Of a stretch of DNA of 64,000 bases, positions 12,695 through 22,317 are shown piece after piece (position 1 is the stretch's first letter; each line of letters begins with the position of its first letter). The position numbers and the translations under genes were made by a program. Origin of the DNA: Candidatus Marinacidobacterales bacterium (lineage in GTDB: Bacteria > Acidobacteriota > Vicinamibacteria > Marinacidobacterales > DATDRI01); NCBI GenBank assembly GCA_965219415.1, contig CBDCNP010000002.1, positions 4,320,001-4,384,000 on the forward strand, in the 5' to 3' direction. The notes below the pieces were generated by a model that searched no databases, had not been told where the DNA came from, and was given only the letters and a program-made list of their open reading frames with translations.

Positions 12695-14061
12695 GGATCC
12701 GTCCCGCTTCCCGTGGAAATAAGAATGGCGTAACCTCCGGTTAAGCAAAACGAAACCGCGCCTGGAAAGGCGAGGAGGAGGATTACGCCATGAAGAAGCC
12801 TACCACCATATTGAAGGAGTCTGTAAGCGAGTACCGGGAGTTCGTCCAACTTCGGCTGCGTAAGCGGGTACTGGAGGCGATCGAGGTTGTGCTCGAGGAA
12901 GAAGTCGACCAAGCGCTGGGGTGTTGTAGCTACGAGCGTGCGGAAGACCGCCGTGGATATCGCAACGGAGCCGAAACCCGTCGCGTGACGACGTCGGTGG
13001 GAACTCGCGAGCTCCGGGTGCCACGAGCCCGCGTGCGAGACGAGGAAACGGGAGAAACGACAGAGTTCAGGAGCGAGCTGTTGCCCCGGTACGCGCGCCG
13101 GACTCGTGAGGTCGACGAGGCGCTCTTGGGGACGTACTTGTCGGGCGCGAATAGCCGCCGGATCCGCAAAGCGCTGAAACCACTGCTCGGTGAGGAGCAC
13201 CTATCGAAGAGCGCGGTGTCTCGCGTGGTTAGCCGGCTGAAGGAGCGCTTCGAGGAATGGCAGAACCGTGCTCTCAGCGAGGAGGTCTACGCGATCGTTT
13301 ACCTGGACGGCTTCCACCTGAAAGTGCGGATGGCGAAACGTGTGATCAGCGTACCCGTACTGGCCGCGCTCGGGGTCGCGCCAGACGGGCACAAACGTCT
13401 GTTGTCATTGCGTCTGGCGGTGAGCGAAGCCTCGACGCATTGGGGCTCCGTGCTGGAGGGACTCCAGGCTCGAGGACTCCGGGCTCCCAAGCTAGTGATC
13501 AGCGACGGCCACAAGGGGCTGACGAAAGCGCTGGAGAAGTGGCCGGGGTGCCGGTTGCAGCGATGTACCGAGCACAAGCGCGCCAACTTGCTCCAACATT
13601 GCCCGGCGCACGCACGCCGTGAGCTCCGGCGTGACCACAACCGGATCGTCTACGCCAAGAACGGGTTCGATGCTCGCAAAGCCTATGACGAGCTCGTCGC
13701 CAAGTGGACGCCTCTCTCGCCGGCCGTCGTCCGAAGCCTAGAGGAGGCCGGTAATCAGCTGCTGACCTTCTATGAATTCCCTCGTGCCATGTGGAAATCG
13801 ATTCGAACGACCAATGCTCTGGAGAATCTCAACCGCGAGTTTCGACGCCGGACGAAAACCCAAGCGTCGTTCTCCAGCGAGGAGTCTGCGGTCGCTTTGC
13901 TGTTTGGGCTTATCGCCTCTGGCCAGATTCAACTACGACGCATCGACGGCTACCAACGTCTGAGCGAGGTTCTCGAACACGCGAAGGTTGTCGCCTGATA
14001 CGATACTCTGATGACGGAGTGGAGGGCGCCGTTCTTTTTCCACGGACCTCGGGACACATCC
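12695..14061 (+). mobile_element. IS256-family element
   Basis: TIRs GGATCCGTCCCG..CCGTGGAAA / GGATGTGTCCCG..CCGTGGAAA; no TSD. Confidence 0.9.
12790..13998 (+). CDS. IS256 (Mutator) transposase
   Basis: GYRNG, YLDG, VISDGHKGL, QRCTEH, IRTTNALENLNREFRRR. Confidence 0.95.
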   Translation: MKKPTTILKESVSEYREFVQLRLRKRVLEAIEVVLEEEVDQALGCCSYERAEDRRGYRNGAETRRVTTSVGTRELRVPRARVRDEETGETTEFRSELLPRYARRTREVDEALLGTYLSGANSRRIRKALKPLLGEEHLSKSAVSRVVSRLKERFEEWQNRALSEEVYAIVYLDGFHLKVRMAKRVISVPVLAALGVAPDGHKRLLSLRLAVSEASTHWGSVLEGLQARGLRAPKLVISDGHKGLTKALEKWPGCRLQRCTEHKRANLLQHCPAHARRELRRDHNRIVYAKNGFDARKAYDELVAKWTPLSPAVVRSLEEAGNQLLTFYEFPRAMWKSIRTTNALENLNREFRRRTKTQASFSSEESAVALLFGLIASGQIQLRRIDGYQRLSEVLEHAKVVA

Positions 14062-14185
14062 AGCAGAAACGCTCGCGACTCGCATCGAAAAGGCGTCGCG
14101 TTCCCTTCGTGACAACGGCATCGACGGCGAGGTCATCATCGCCGACAACGTCAGTACCGACGGGTCGGTGGAGATCTCTGCCGCC
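14062..14185 (+). pseudogene. GT2 glycosyltransferase fragment
   Basis: ETLATRIEKASRSLRDNGIDGEVIIADNVSTDGSVEI. Confidence 0.65.
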
Positions 14186-14243
14186 ATCTCAGCAACGCTT
14201 GTTGGTGGCTTCAACTTCCAGGCGAGCAGGATAGAAGTCCCTC

Positions 14244-16229
14244 GTGATAGCCTTCCGTGGCGCGCATCGTGGCTGTCGTACTGGCGTTCGAGGCATCGTG
14301 AGCAAGACTTCTTTTCTCGTGACTGCGTTGCTTCTTCTACTCTTTGCGCCCATCTACTTTGCCGTCTACCAGGCACAGAAAACGCGACGCTTCAACATCG
14401 GGTCGTGGGACAAGCGTTATCTCGAAAATCCTGAAACCTTTTCCCCTCGATTGGAGATGACTGGCCCGTTCCGACACGAGGACGGCTCCGTCGACGTCAT
14501 CGGTTCCGACGGAAGGCTTTCCGGGAGGACGGCTACGCTCCAACTTCCCTTCCACGCACTGCGTTCACCTTTGAGAATCTGGGTTAGAAGCCACCGTTTT
14601 GGGCTCGCCGGAACCGTACGAATGAGCGTCAACGATGTTCTTATTGATGACTTCGTTTTCACCGAGAACTCTTATCCGTGGGCAGGCATCCGGACGGTCA
14701 TCCCACAAGAAGTGGCGGAGCGCAGCGCCCTCCACATCGATCTTGTCGTTTCGGGAGGTAGGTCTCCACCGAGTCATTTGCGCTCGGACATGGGTCTGGG
14801 CATGGATTGGGTCGAGGTCGATCCTATGTCCGGCGGGGCGATGTTGTTGCCGACTGCCTACGAGTGGATGGTGCCTTATGTCTTCCTCGTTCTGGGAGCG
14901 ATCTCCTTTCGCCTCTTCGGCTTCTCTACCAGGGTGTTTTTTCTCGTCCTCGGAGCTTTGATTCTCGCTATTGCAGCACTTACCGCACTGCGGCCAGTAG
15001 AAAGCTCCACCGTCTTGTTCTGGCTGTGGTCGATCTTTCCTGCGGGTATCGTGTTGCAGCGGAGCATTCTCTTCGCGTACTCGCGAAGCAGGCGCGTGCT
15101 CTTTCCTGTCCTCGCCACCACCGTGAGCACGCTCGTGTCCCTGACGGCAACGGAGGTGTTTCTGAGAAGCTATGAGGCCTGGCAGCACGAGCAGCAACAG
15201 TTGCCACCAGAGAAACTATCGCTTTTCGAGCCCAACCCCGAAGGGACCGGCTCCTATCGACTCAAACCGAACCTCGATCTTGTGACTAGCGTTGCTGGCT
15301 CCGAGGTGAAGATTCACACTAACAGCCACGGGATGCCTTGGCGAGAAGTATCGGTCGAGCCATCAGGGAAAAGGCGCATTGCCTTTTTTGGAGACTCCTT
15401 TACGTTTGGAAGTTGGGCGGACTCCGTCGAGAGGAGTTTCGTCGGCGTATTCGAGGAAAGCCTTTCCTCGGAGTGGGAGGTGCTTAACTTCGGAGTAGGT
15501 GGATACGGCTTCGCCGATGTTGAGCTGCTCCTCGCCGAGAAAGGTATCGATTTCGAGCCGAGCTTCGTGGTCGTCGTCATGTACAACGGTAATGACTTCC
15601 GAGACACTTACCTCGGTCTCTGGAAGGAGCTCCTCGTTGACGGTACCGCTGTCCTCAATGAGCAGAACCTGAAGGAGAGAGTCCCGGAGCGGTTCGTAAA
15701 CGCTCCTCACACGATGGCGCACCCGAGTCCTGAGACATCCATCTTGAAGGAGTGGCTTCGCCGTCTCGCGGTGTTCCGGTTCGTCGCGCCCTTTTTGAGG
15801 ATGGAGAACCTGACGGTAGATTTCGTGGCGAGCAGCCGATTCGTCTCCTACTCTTTCTGGTCTCAGTTTCCCTACTCGGAGGTTGCGGTCAGGGCCAAGG
15901 ATGTTTCTCTCGAAACGCTGACGAGAATCGACGATCTGGCCCGTACGAACGGTGCTAGGCTGATCGTCGTAGCCCTTCCGACGCGTGACCAGGTCTATAG
16001 TGGGCGTATGTCTGGGGACCACTACGATATCGATTTGCCGCAGGCATATGTTCGTCTTTTTGCCCGAGAGGCGAACATTCCGTTCCTTGACCTGCTCCCA
16101 CCGCTGAGGGCCTATGTAGCCGAAACGAACAAGAATCTCTTTGTGCGCGGCGATACTCATTTGAATAACAAGGGACACCTCCTTGTCGGACGATACCTTG
16201 CCGACTGGTTCGACTGCTGCGTGAACTGA
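14244..16229 (+). CDS. Membrane protein with C-terminal SGNH/GDSL hydrolase domain
   Basis: Blocks GDSFTFG, NFGVGGYG, GND, DTHLN; TM segments; true start may be GTG at ~14298. Confidence 0.85.
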   Translation: MIAFRGAHRGCRTGVRGIVSKTSFLVTALLLLLFAPIYFAVYQAQKTRRFNIGSWDKRYLENPETFSPRLEMTGPFRHEDGSVDVIGSDGRLSGRTATLQLPFHALRSPLRIWVRSHRFGLAGTVRMSVNDVLIDDFVFTENSYPWAGIRTVIPQEVAERSALHIDLVVSGGRSPPSHLRSDMGLGMDWVEVDPMSGGAMLLPTAYEWMVPYVFLVLGAISFRLFGFSTRVFFLVLGALILAIAALTALRPVESSTVLFWLWSIFPAGIVLQRSILFAYSRSRRVLFPVLATTVSTLVSLTATEVFLRSYEAWQHEQQQLPPEKLSLFEPNPEGTGSYRLKPNLDLVTSVAGSEVKIHTNSHGMPWREVSVEPSGKRRIAFFGDSFTFGSWADSVERSFVGVFEESLSSEWEVLNFGVGGYGFADVELLLAEKGIDFEPSFVVVVMYNGNDFRDTYLGLWKELLVDGTAVLNEQNLKERVPERFVNAPHTMAHPSPETSILKEWLRRLAVFRFVAPFLRMENLTVDFVASSRFVSYSFWSQFPYSEVAVRAKDVSLETLTRIDDLARTNGARLIVVALPTRDQVYSGRMSGDHYDIDLPQAYVRLFAREANIPFLDLLPPLRAYVAETNKNLFVRGDTHLNNKGHLLVGRYLADWFDCCVN

Positions 16230-16334
16230 GAACGGTGGCGGTGACCTTAGAAGGGGCGCTGTTGCACGATTCAACCCCGGCGCAAGTGGGGCCGCTTTCC
16301 CAACCCCTCGTTCACGACACCACAGCGTCAACCC

Positions 16335-16594
16335 CGTCCTGTGCCAAAACTCGGCCCTTTAGAAATAGACCACAAATCAGCAGCTTAGACGCCCTTGGAA
16401 TCCGCGCAGAATCCAGGGTATTTCGCGCCGCAGGGCTGACTTCCGACCCATGGGGCTGGCGGATGAATAAATAGAAGGCACACCACAAATCAGCAGCTTA
16501 GACGCCCTTGGAATCCGCGCAGAATCCAGGGTATTTCGCGCCGCAGGGCTGACTTCCGACCCATGGGCTGGCAGATGAATAAATAGAAGGCACA
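16335..16594. mobile_element. Hybrid MITE (family D right end + family E end, 148 bp) with partial tandem duplicate
   Basis: CGTCCTGTGCCAAAACTCGG...GAATAAATAGAAGGCACA at 16335-16482; repeated at 16483-16594 and 43602-43749. Confidence 0.8.
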
Positions 16595-16606
16595 GCCTCT
16601 GCACTG

Positions 16607-16772
16607 GGTGCTTCCGCCATTAAGTGTTGGTGAGATGACGCTAAGACCCTACGGTGCATTAAATTACAGCCAAAATAGCGTTCGTGACCTTCGCTGCATG
16701 CTAAATGGAGCGTAAGCGCCTTTTTTGCAAAGGGATGCGTGCACATCACCAACAGTAAACGGCGCAAGCACC
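16607..16772 (+). mobile_element. IS1-type MITE copy 2
   Basis: Homologous to 483-649. Confidence 0.85.
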
Positions 16773-17213
16773 TCGCGCACCAGTCGATTAATGAGCGAGT
16801 TCTCATCGTTACTGTCTAGGGCCGCCAACGCTGCGGCCAGCTGCTTGGCTCGATCTTCATCGGCACCCCGCCCTGTGCCAAAACTCGGCCCTTTTGAAAT
16901 AGACCACAAATCAGCAGCTTAGATGCCCTTGGAATCCGCACAGAATCCAGGGCATTTCGCGCCGCAGAGCTGGCGTCCGACCCCTGGGCTACGGGTGGCG
17001 GCGACAGGCCCACCGGACGATTGGGAGGAGCAGCGTGCCCTCCGTCGCAACGCTGTGAGGCAGATCACGCTGTAAGCCAACCCGCTACTGCTGCCACGCT
17101 CACTCTTGGTCTCCATCAGTCGGCGATCGGCATCGCCCCTTACTAATGATGATATCGGCGGCGTGCGGGTCTTGAGTTCGTTTGTGTTTTTGGACACGAC
17201 GAGGTCGACTGGC

Positions 17214-18413
17214 GGTGCTTCCGCCATCAAGTGTTGCTGCGCGGCTGCGGGCAGTGGTACAGGTGCGGAAGAGACCGGGTTGCGCGCCCCAGTGAGCAGG
17301 AAAACCTCGATCCGCGACCACAAAGGAATCGTCGTCGCCAAGAAGATGTCTCGAAAGGTGAGCCGTCGCGTCGTCAGACCAGCCTGCATAGCCGGAGTTC
17401 GGATCTCACGTCCGAACTTCAGAGCTCCGTGCGGTCGGACGAAGTTGTAATAGCAACGGAGCAACTCCAGGTGCTCATCGAGCCTCTCCGTCGAGCGAGC
17501 GTGGGAAAGCGTTCGTCTCGAAAGGTATGCCGAGCTTTGCCGGATGGTCAGATTCAACCGCTAGATGAACGACGTGTTCAATGTCGAAGAGTCCTCGGAG
17601 TTATTGAGCGCGTCTTCGAATCGCCACGCGGCTCCGTGCAGCGCTCTCCGTTCGACCTTGATGATGCGATCGTTCCTGCGCGTTTTTAGGACCTGGCCGT
17701 AGAGACACGCTGGCCCGAAGAAGCGACGGATGACCTTCTGGTAGAATTCGAATCCATCCGTGACGATCAAGGGAAGACGCTCGAAATTCATCCGTCTCGA
17801 AAGGTCGCGAAACAGAGCGTGAGTGTTCCGGTAGCTTCGCCTTCCCGTCACCGTCGATGGCCAGAGCCGAGACCAGACTTCGATCGTAACGAAGACCCAA
17901 CTCGGTGTCTTCTTGTTGCCCGCGAACGTGCGAATCTCGTCGGCTTGAAGCTCTTCGGCAGCGAAGCCAGCGATCCTTCTGTGATTGAATCGACGACACA
18001 CTTGGGCTGCCTTCTCGAGCCAGCGGGCGACGGTGTTCCAGGCAATCCCTTTGATCCGGGAAATCGAGGAAATGCTGACACCCTCGACTCTGAGAGCGAT
18101 GACCACATCGAAAGTAGCTCTTCGATGTTGGAGACGGTAGTAGGGCGTGCCTTTCGTCGAGGAGAACGTCTTTCCGCACTCGCCGCACCGGTATCGACGG
18201 CGTTTCCCGGACCTTGTTCGGTAGAATCCGTGGCGAACGATGTTTCCGGAACTGACTTTGCCCCGCAACGGACATGCGAGATTGAGACATCTGCGATTCT
18301 TCACTTTGGCTCGGCCCTGACGATGAGAGAACTGTGTCTTCGGAATTCTGGTTCAAACTCTAGCACGCAGACCGGTTAGGGGCTGGCCGCCAACACTTAA
18401 TTGCGGAAGCACC
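17214..18413 (-). mobile_element. IS1-family element (1200 bp), transposase with premature stop
   Basis: TIRs GGTGCTTCCGCCATCAAGTGTTG / GGTGCTTCCGCAATTAAGTGTTG; Zn ribbon CLNLAC..YRCGEC, QADE, VTDG, ERLNLTIRQ; TAG at 17561-17563 where other copies read GAG. Confidence 0.9.
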
Positions 18414-18630
18414 GGCGGGGGTTTTGATTTCTTGCCCGAGCTCTTGGTGCTCCTCGACACTCAGGGTTTTCGAATCAAAGAACTGCCATTCCGTTACCGA
18501 GCAAGAATGGAGGGGGCGTTCGCATGCCAAACTGCTGTGCTTTGGCTGGGCTTACCTGAGGACCTTACTCCGAATGCGGCGGCTGAGGACGTCGGTTCAA
18601 TCCGCCGACTAAGCGACGGCCGCGGCTTTA
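18414..18630 (+). pseudogene. GT2 glycosyltransferase C-terminal fragment
   Basis: FDFLPELL...IKELPFRYRAR, then after a frameshift AKLLCFGWAYLRTLLRM. Confidence 0.55.
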
Positions 18631-18666
18631 GTAGGGTGCTGTCAAGTTTTTCACGGCCTGACGGCC

Positions 18667-19059
18667 TGTGCATCGTCAAAACTGCTCCGCCCACGAAATC
18701 AAGGACTTACGCTCCGCTTGAATTCCGGGCCGAAGACGGCGAAACTCCGCCGCTATGCTCGACGTTGTTGTCTTCCTCGTCTCACTTGGCGTCCGTGTCA
18801 TTCGGGCGATGTGTCGGCGCCGCGCCGACCTGATGTTGGAGAACGTCGCTTTGCGGCAGCAAGTGACGGCGCTGAAGAAAGAGCGCCCACGCCCACCGCT
18901 CGAAGACACGGAACGGGCTTTCTGGGTTGCCCTTCGAGGTTCGTGGCCCGTGTAGGCGAGCTGCCTGCTCATCGTCCACGCGGACACCGTAGCCCGTTGG
19001 CATCGCGACCGATTCCGACGGTACTGGGCAAAGATCTCGCAGCGCCGCCATCCCGGTCG
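18667..19059 (+). mobile_element. Family A IS, left part with internal stop
   Basis: Left TIR TGTGCATCGTCAAAACT and MLDVVVFL... Confidence 0.85.
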
Positions 19060-19170
19060 CGTCTGGTCAAAATACTCGAACGCTCAATGGGTCAGCAGTT
19101 TGCACCTTACGGCTTGGCGGGTTGCTAAGTTTCTACCATCGGGAAGCCGCATGAGTATTTTGACCTCACG
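19060..19170 (+). mobile_element. 111-bp MITE derived from the family B IS
   Basis: Both ends of 53284-54482 joined by an internal deletion. Confidence 0.8.
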
Positions 19171-19211
19171 GGTTACGCCATTCTTATTTCCACGGGAAGC
19201 GGGACGGATCC
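19171..19211 (-). mobile_element. IS256 left-end remnant
   Basis: Reverse complement of 12695-12735. Confidence 0.8.
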
Positions 19212-19437
19212 AGTAACTGCCACGTGTTGAAGCAATTCCTTGTACCTCCGTAGCGTCCTATATCTGCGCTCTGCGTGAGACTTTGCTGTACTTGGGAGTG
19301 GAACCCCCGCAGCAGTCGACGCGCCGAAGCGGCGAGACCTACGAGAGCTTGTTGCGCGGACTGGCATCGGTGTCCGGCATCCCGACGCCAACCAGGGCGG
19401 AACTTGCCCGCTGTATCCTCAGTCGGCCTAAGCCAAT

Positions 19438-20157
19438 TCACGATCCGCTCGCTAGGTCTTTATCGCGCTTCGGCCGATCTGGCACGGAGGCCTTGAGTTT
19501 CTTAATTCCGTCGCCCAGGACAAATGAGCGATGAAGAAACGATTCCACAGCATCGACCATCGTGCTCAACGCATCGGCTTTCGGTCGCCATCCTCGGTGA
19601 GCAGCAGCGCTACCCGCGTCCACAAGAACCTGCAAAATCTTTTTCTCGTCGACACTTATTTTGCCGCCAGCAAGCAGGCTATCCAGCTTCTCTTTGAATC
19701 CGATTAGGGGATCGACTCGAAGCAATTCTGATGCACGATCAAAGACAGTCCGCACGGCGATAGCTGTAAGAACACGAAGATCGTTGTCCAGCGCTGCATA
19801 CATTTCTTTCAAGATATTGGCGATATCTCGGTCGGCCTCTTCAAACTTCCCGAGCCAATGTGGACGTTGGCGGCTGACTGGCGTGGGCCAATACACTGTC
19901 ACGACGCCACCCTCCAGTCTCGGCTCGCCGGTTATCGGATGAGTGCCAATCGTTTCCCATTCAGAAAACCAGATGTCTCTTCGAAAGTAGATTTGCTCAC
20001 AACCGCAGCACTGAAGAATCATCCCGGTATCTCTCGTGTGGGTTCCGTCATCTTCGTCGGTTGAGTGGACGACGTGCTCACACCGGACGTAAGCATTGCG
20101 GTCGCTACGGCAATTCGGACAATGGCCTTTGATGATCTTCGGCTCGGGCGGTGTCAT
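19438..20157 (-). CDS. DUF4145 domain protein with N-terminal Zn ribbon
   Basis: CPNC...CCGC; AIAVRTVFD, LVDAGSAAAHRG. Confidence 0.8.
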   Translation of the reverse strand: MTPPEPKIIKGHCPNCRSDRNAYVRCEHVVHSTDEDDGTHTRDTGMILQCCGCEQIYFRRDIWFSEWETIGTHPITGEPRLEGGVVTVYWPTPVSRQRPHWLGKFEEADRDIANILKEMYAALDNDLRVLTAIAVRTVFDRASELLRVDPLIGFKEKLDSLLAGGKISVDEKKILQVLVDAGSAAAHRGWRPKADALSTMVDAVESFLHRSFVLGDGIKKLKASVPDRPKRDKDLASGS

Positions 20158-20822
20158 TCGGACATTATCCCAAATCGGGTTAACCCTAAGACCGATCCAT
20201 CAAGAGAATCATCCTCAAGATCGATCCCGCACTCAGGATCGGCTTCACATGTCCCGCCCAAGGCAATGCCCTCCAGGCACCGTCAGCGTTAGCGCCGTCA
20301 ACGCAGGCACAGGCACCTGAGAATTGCCCTCGGGAGGTTCTCCCAGTAGAGCGAATGGACGTTCGACCAAAAGGTCCAGCGTTGGATGGCGTCCTGTCCA
20401 AAAACACAAACGCGTTGCCAAGCCCTTGATGGTTGCGCGCTCCATAGTCTCCATAACAATGATAGATGAACTCGGGGACGGCCCGGCGCACGGGTCTTAG
20501 AGTTCGTTTGTATTTTTGGACACAACGAGCAAGGTATCCACCGATCCCGTCCTGTGCCAAAATTCGGCCCAGCCGACATCGACGAAAGAACTGCGCCTCT
20601 AGAAATTAGGCTCAAACTCTAGCACGCGAACGGGTTACACGGCAGGCGCCAACATTTGACTGCGGAAGCACCACTGTGACGGCTCCATTCGGTCATTGAT
20701 CTCCCGGCCAGTCGGCGCTGCGTTGATCACCGGCCGAACGATACCACTATCATACTTGCAGTCGTAAGCGATTGGGCGGCTTGCTCCTTTATTTACCACC
20801 GCGCCGCTATTACAGGAGTTCG

Positions 20823-20988
20823 GGTGCTTTCGCCATTAAGTGTTGGTGAGATGTCGCTAAGACGTCACGGTGCGTTAAGTTACAGCCAAAATAGCGCTCA
20901 TGACCTCCGCTGCGCGCTCAATAGAGCGTAAGCGACTCTTTTGCAACGGGATACGTACACATCACCAACAGTAAACAGCGCAAGCACC
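20823..20988 (+). mobile_element. IS1-type MITE copy 3, embedded in IS1 and rve-IS end remnants (20300-21156)
   Basis: Homologous to 483-649; IS1 tips at ~20672 and ~21028. Confidence 0.85.
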
Positions 20989-21157
20989 GGTTAGGGGCTG
21001 GCCGCCAACACTTAATTGCGGAAGCACCGAACTACACCTTGTTCCCGTCGAAAATGTGAAGTTATTTTTGCGCGGGTACTAAGCTGCGATGAGGTAGCGG
21101 TACCAGCGCAGAAGCGTAGCGGGCGTGGCAACGGACGCAACCTGGGCCAGCGCCTCG

Positions 21158-21863
21158 GGATGTGTCCCGAGGTCCGTGGAAAAAGAACGGCGCCCTCCAC
21201 TCCGTCATCAGAGTATCATATCAGGCGGCAGCCTCCGCGTGTTCGAGAACCTCGCTCAGACGTTGGTAGCCGTCAATACGTCGTAGTTGAATCTGGCCAG
21301 AGGCGATAAGCCCAAACAGCAAAGCGACCGCAGACTCTTCGCTGGAGAACGACGCTTGGGTTTTCGTCCGGCGTCGAAACTCGCGGTTGAGATTCTCCAG
21401 AGCTTTGGTCGTTCGAAACGATTTCCACATGGCACGAGGGAATTCGTAGAAGGTCAGCAGCTGATTACCGGCCTCCTCTAGGCTTCGGACGGCGGCCGGC
21501 GCGAGAGGCGTCCACTTGGCGACGAGCTCGTCATAGGCTTTGCGAGCATCGATCCCGTTCTTGGCGTAGACGATCCGGTTGTAGTCACGCCGGAGCTCAC
21601 GGCGTGCGTGCGCCGGGCGATGTTGGAGCAAGTTGGCGCGCTTGTGCTCGGTACATCGCTGCAACCGGCACCCCGGCCACTTCTCCAGGGCTTTCGTCAG
21701 CCCCTTGTGGCCGTCGCTGATCACTAGCTTGGGAGCCCGGAGTCCTTGAGCACGGAGTCCCTCCAGCACGGAGCCCCAATGCGTCGAGGCTTCGCTCACC
21801 GCCAGACGCAATGACAACAGACGTTTCTGCCCGTCTGGCGCGACCCCGAGCGCGGCCAGTACG
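21158..21863 (-). mobile_element. IS256 3' half (copy of 12695-14061)
   Basis: Near-identical C-terminal transposase and right TIR. Confidence 0.9.
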
Positions 21864-22317
21864 CCGATGTCCTCAATGATATAATGTTGATATGAGCCTG
21901 TCGAACTACGAAGTCGCTGCGATTCTACGTCTTAGGGACGACCTCGCGCGCGCCATGGGTGCAAATCAAGGTCAGATCACTGCGGCCCTGAAGGCTGCGG
22001 ACCAGATGCGTGACATCGTCAACTCGCCGGCACTCCGCCAGATGCAGGAAATGTACGGGCGAGACCTGCTGTACCTTCGCGAACTACGCGATGCCAGCGA
22101 GCAGATTAAGTCGCAGTTCGGGATGGCACAGGTGAAGGCTGTTGCCGACGCGTTCGTCGGCCTGAAGGTGTTCGATTCGGAGCAGACGTTTCTACCATCG
22201 GGAAGCCGCATGAGTATTTTGACCTCACGATCACCAACTCAACAGCGGAGCCGTAGCGGGCATGTCTACCAAACGATGACCTCCATCACGACGATTCAAC
22301 GACAGCCGCAGGGCTTA

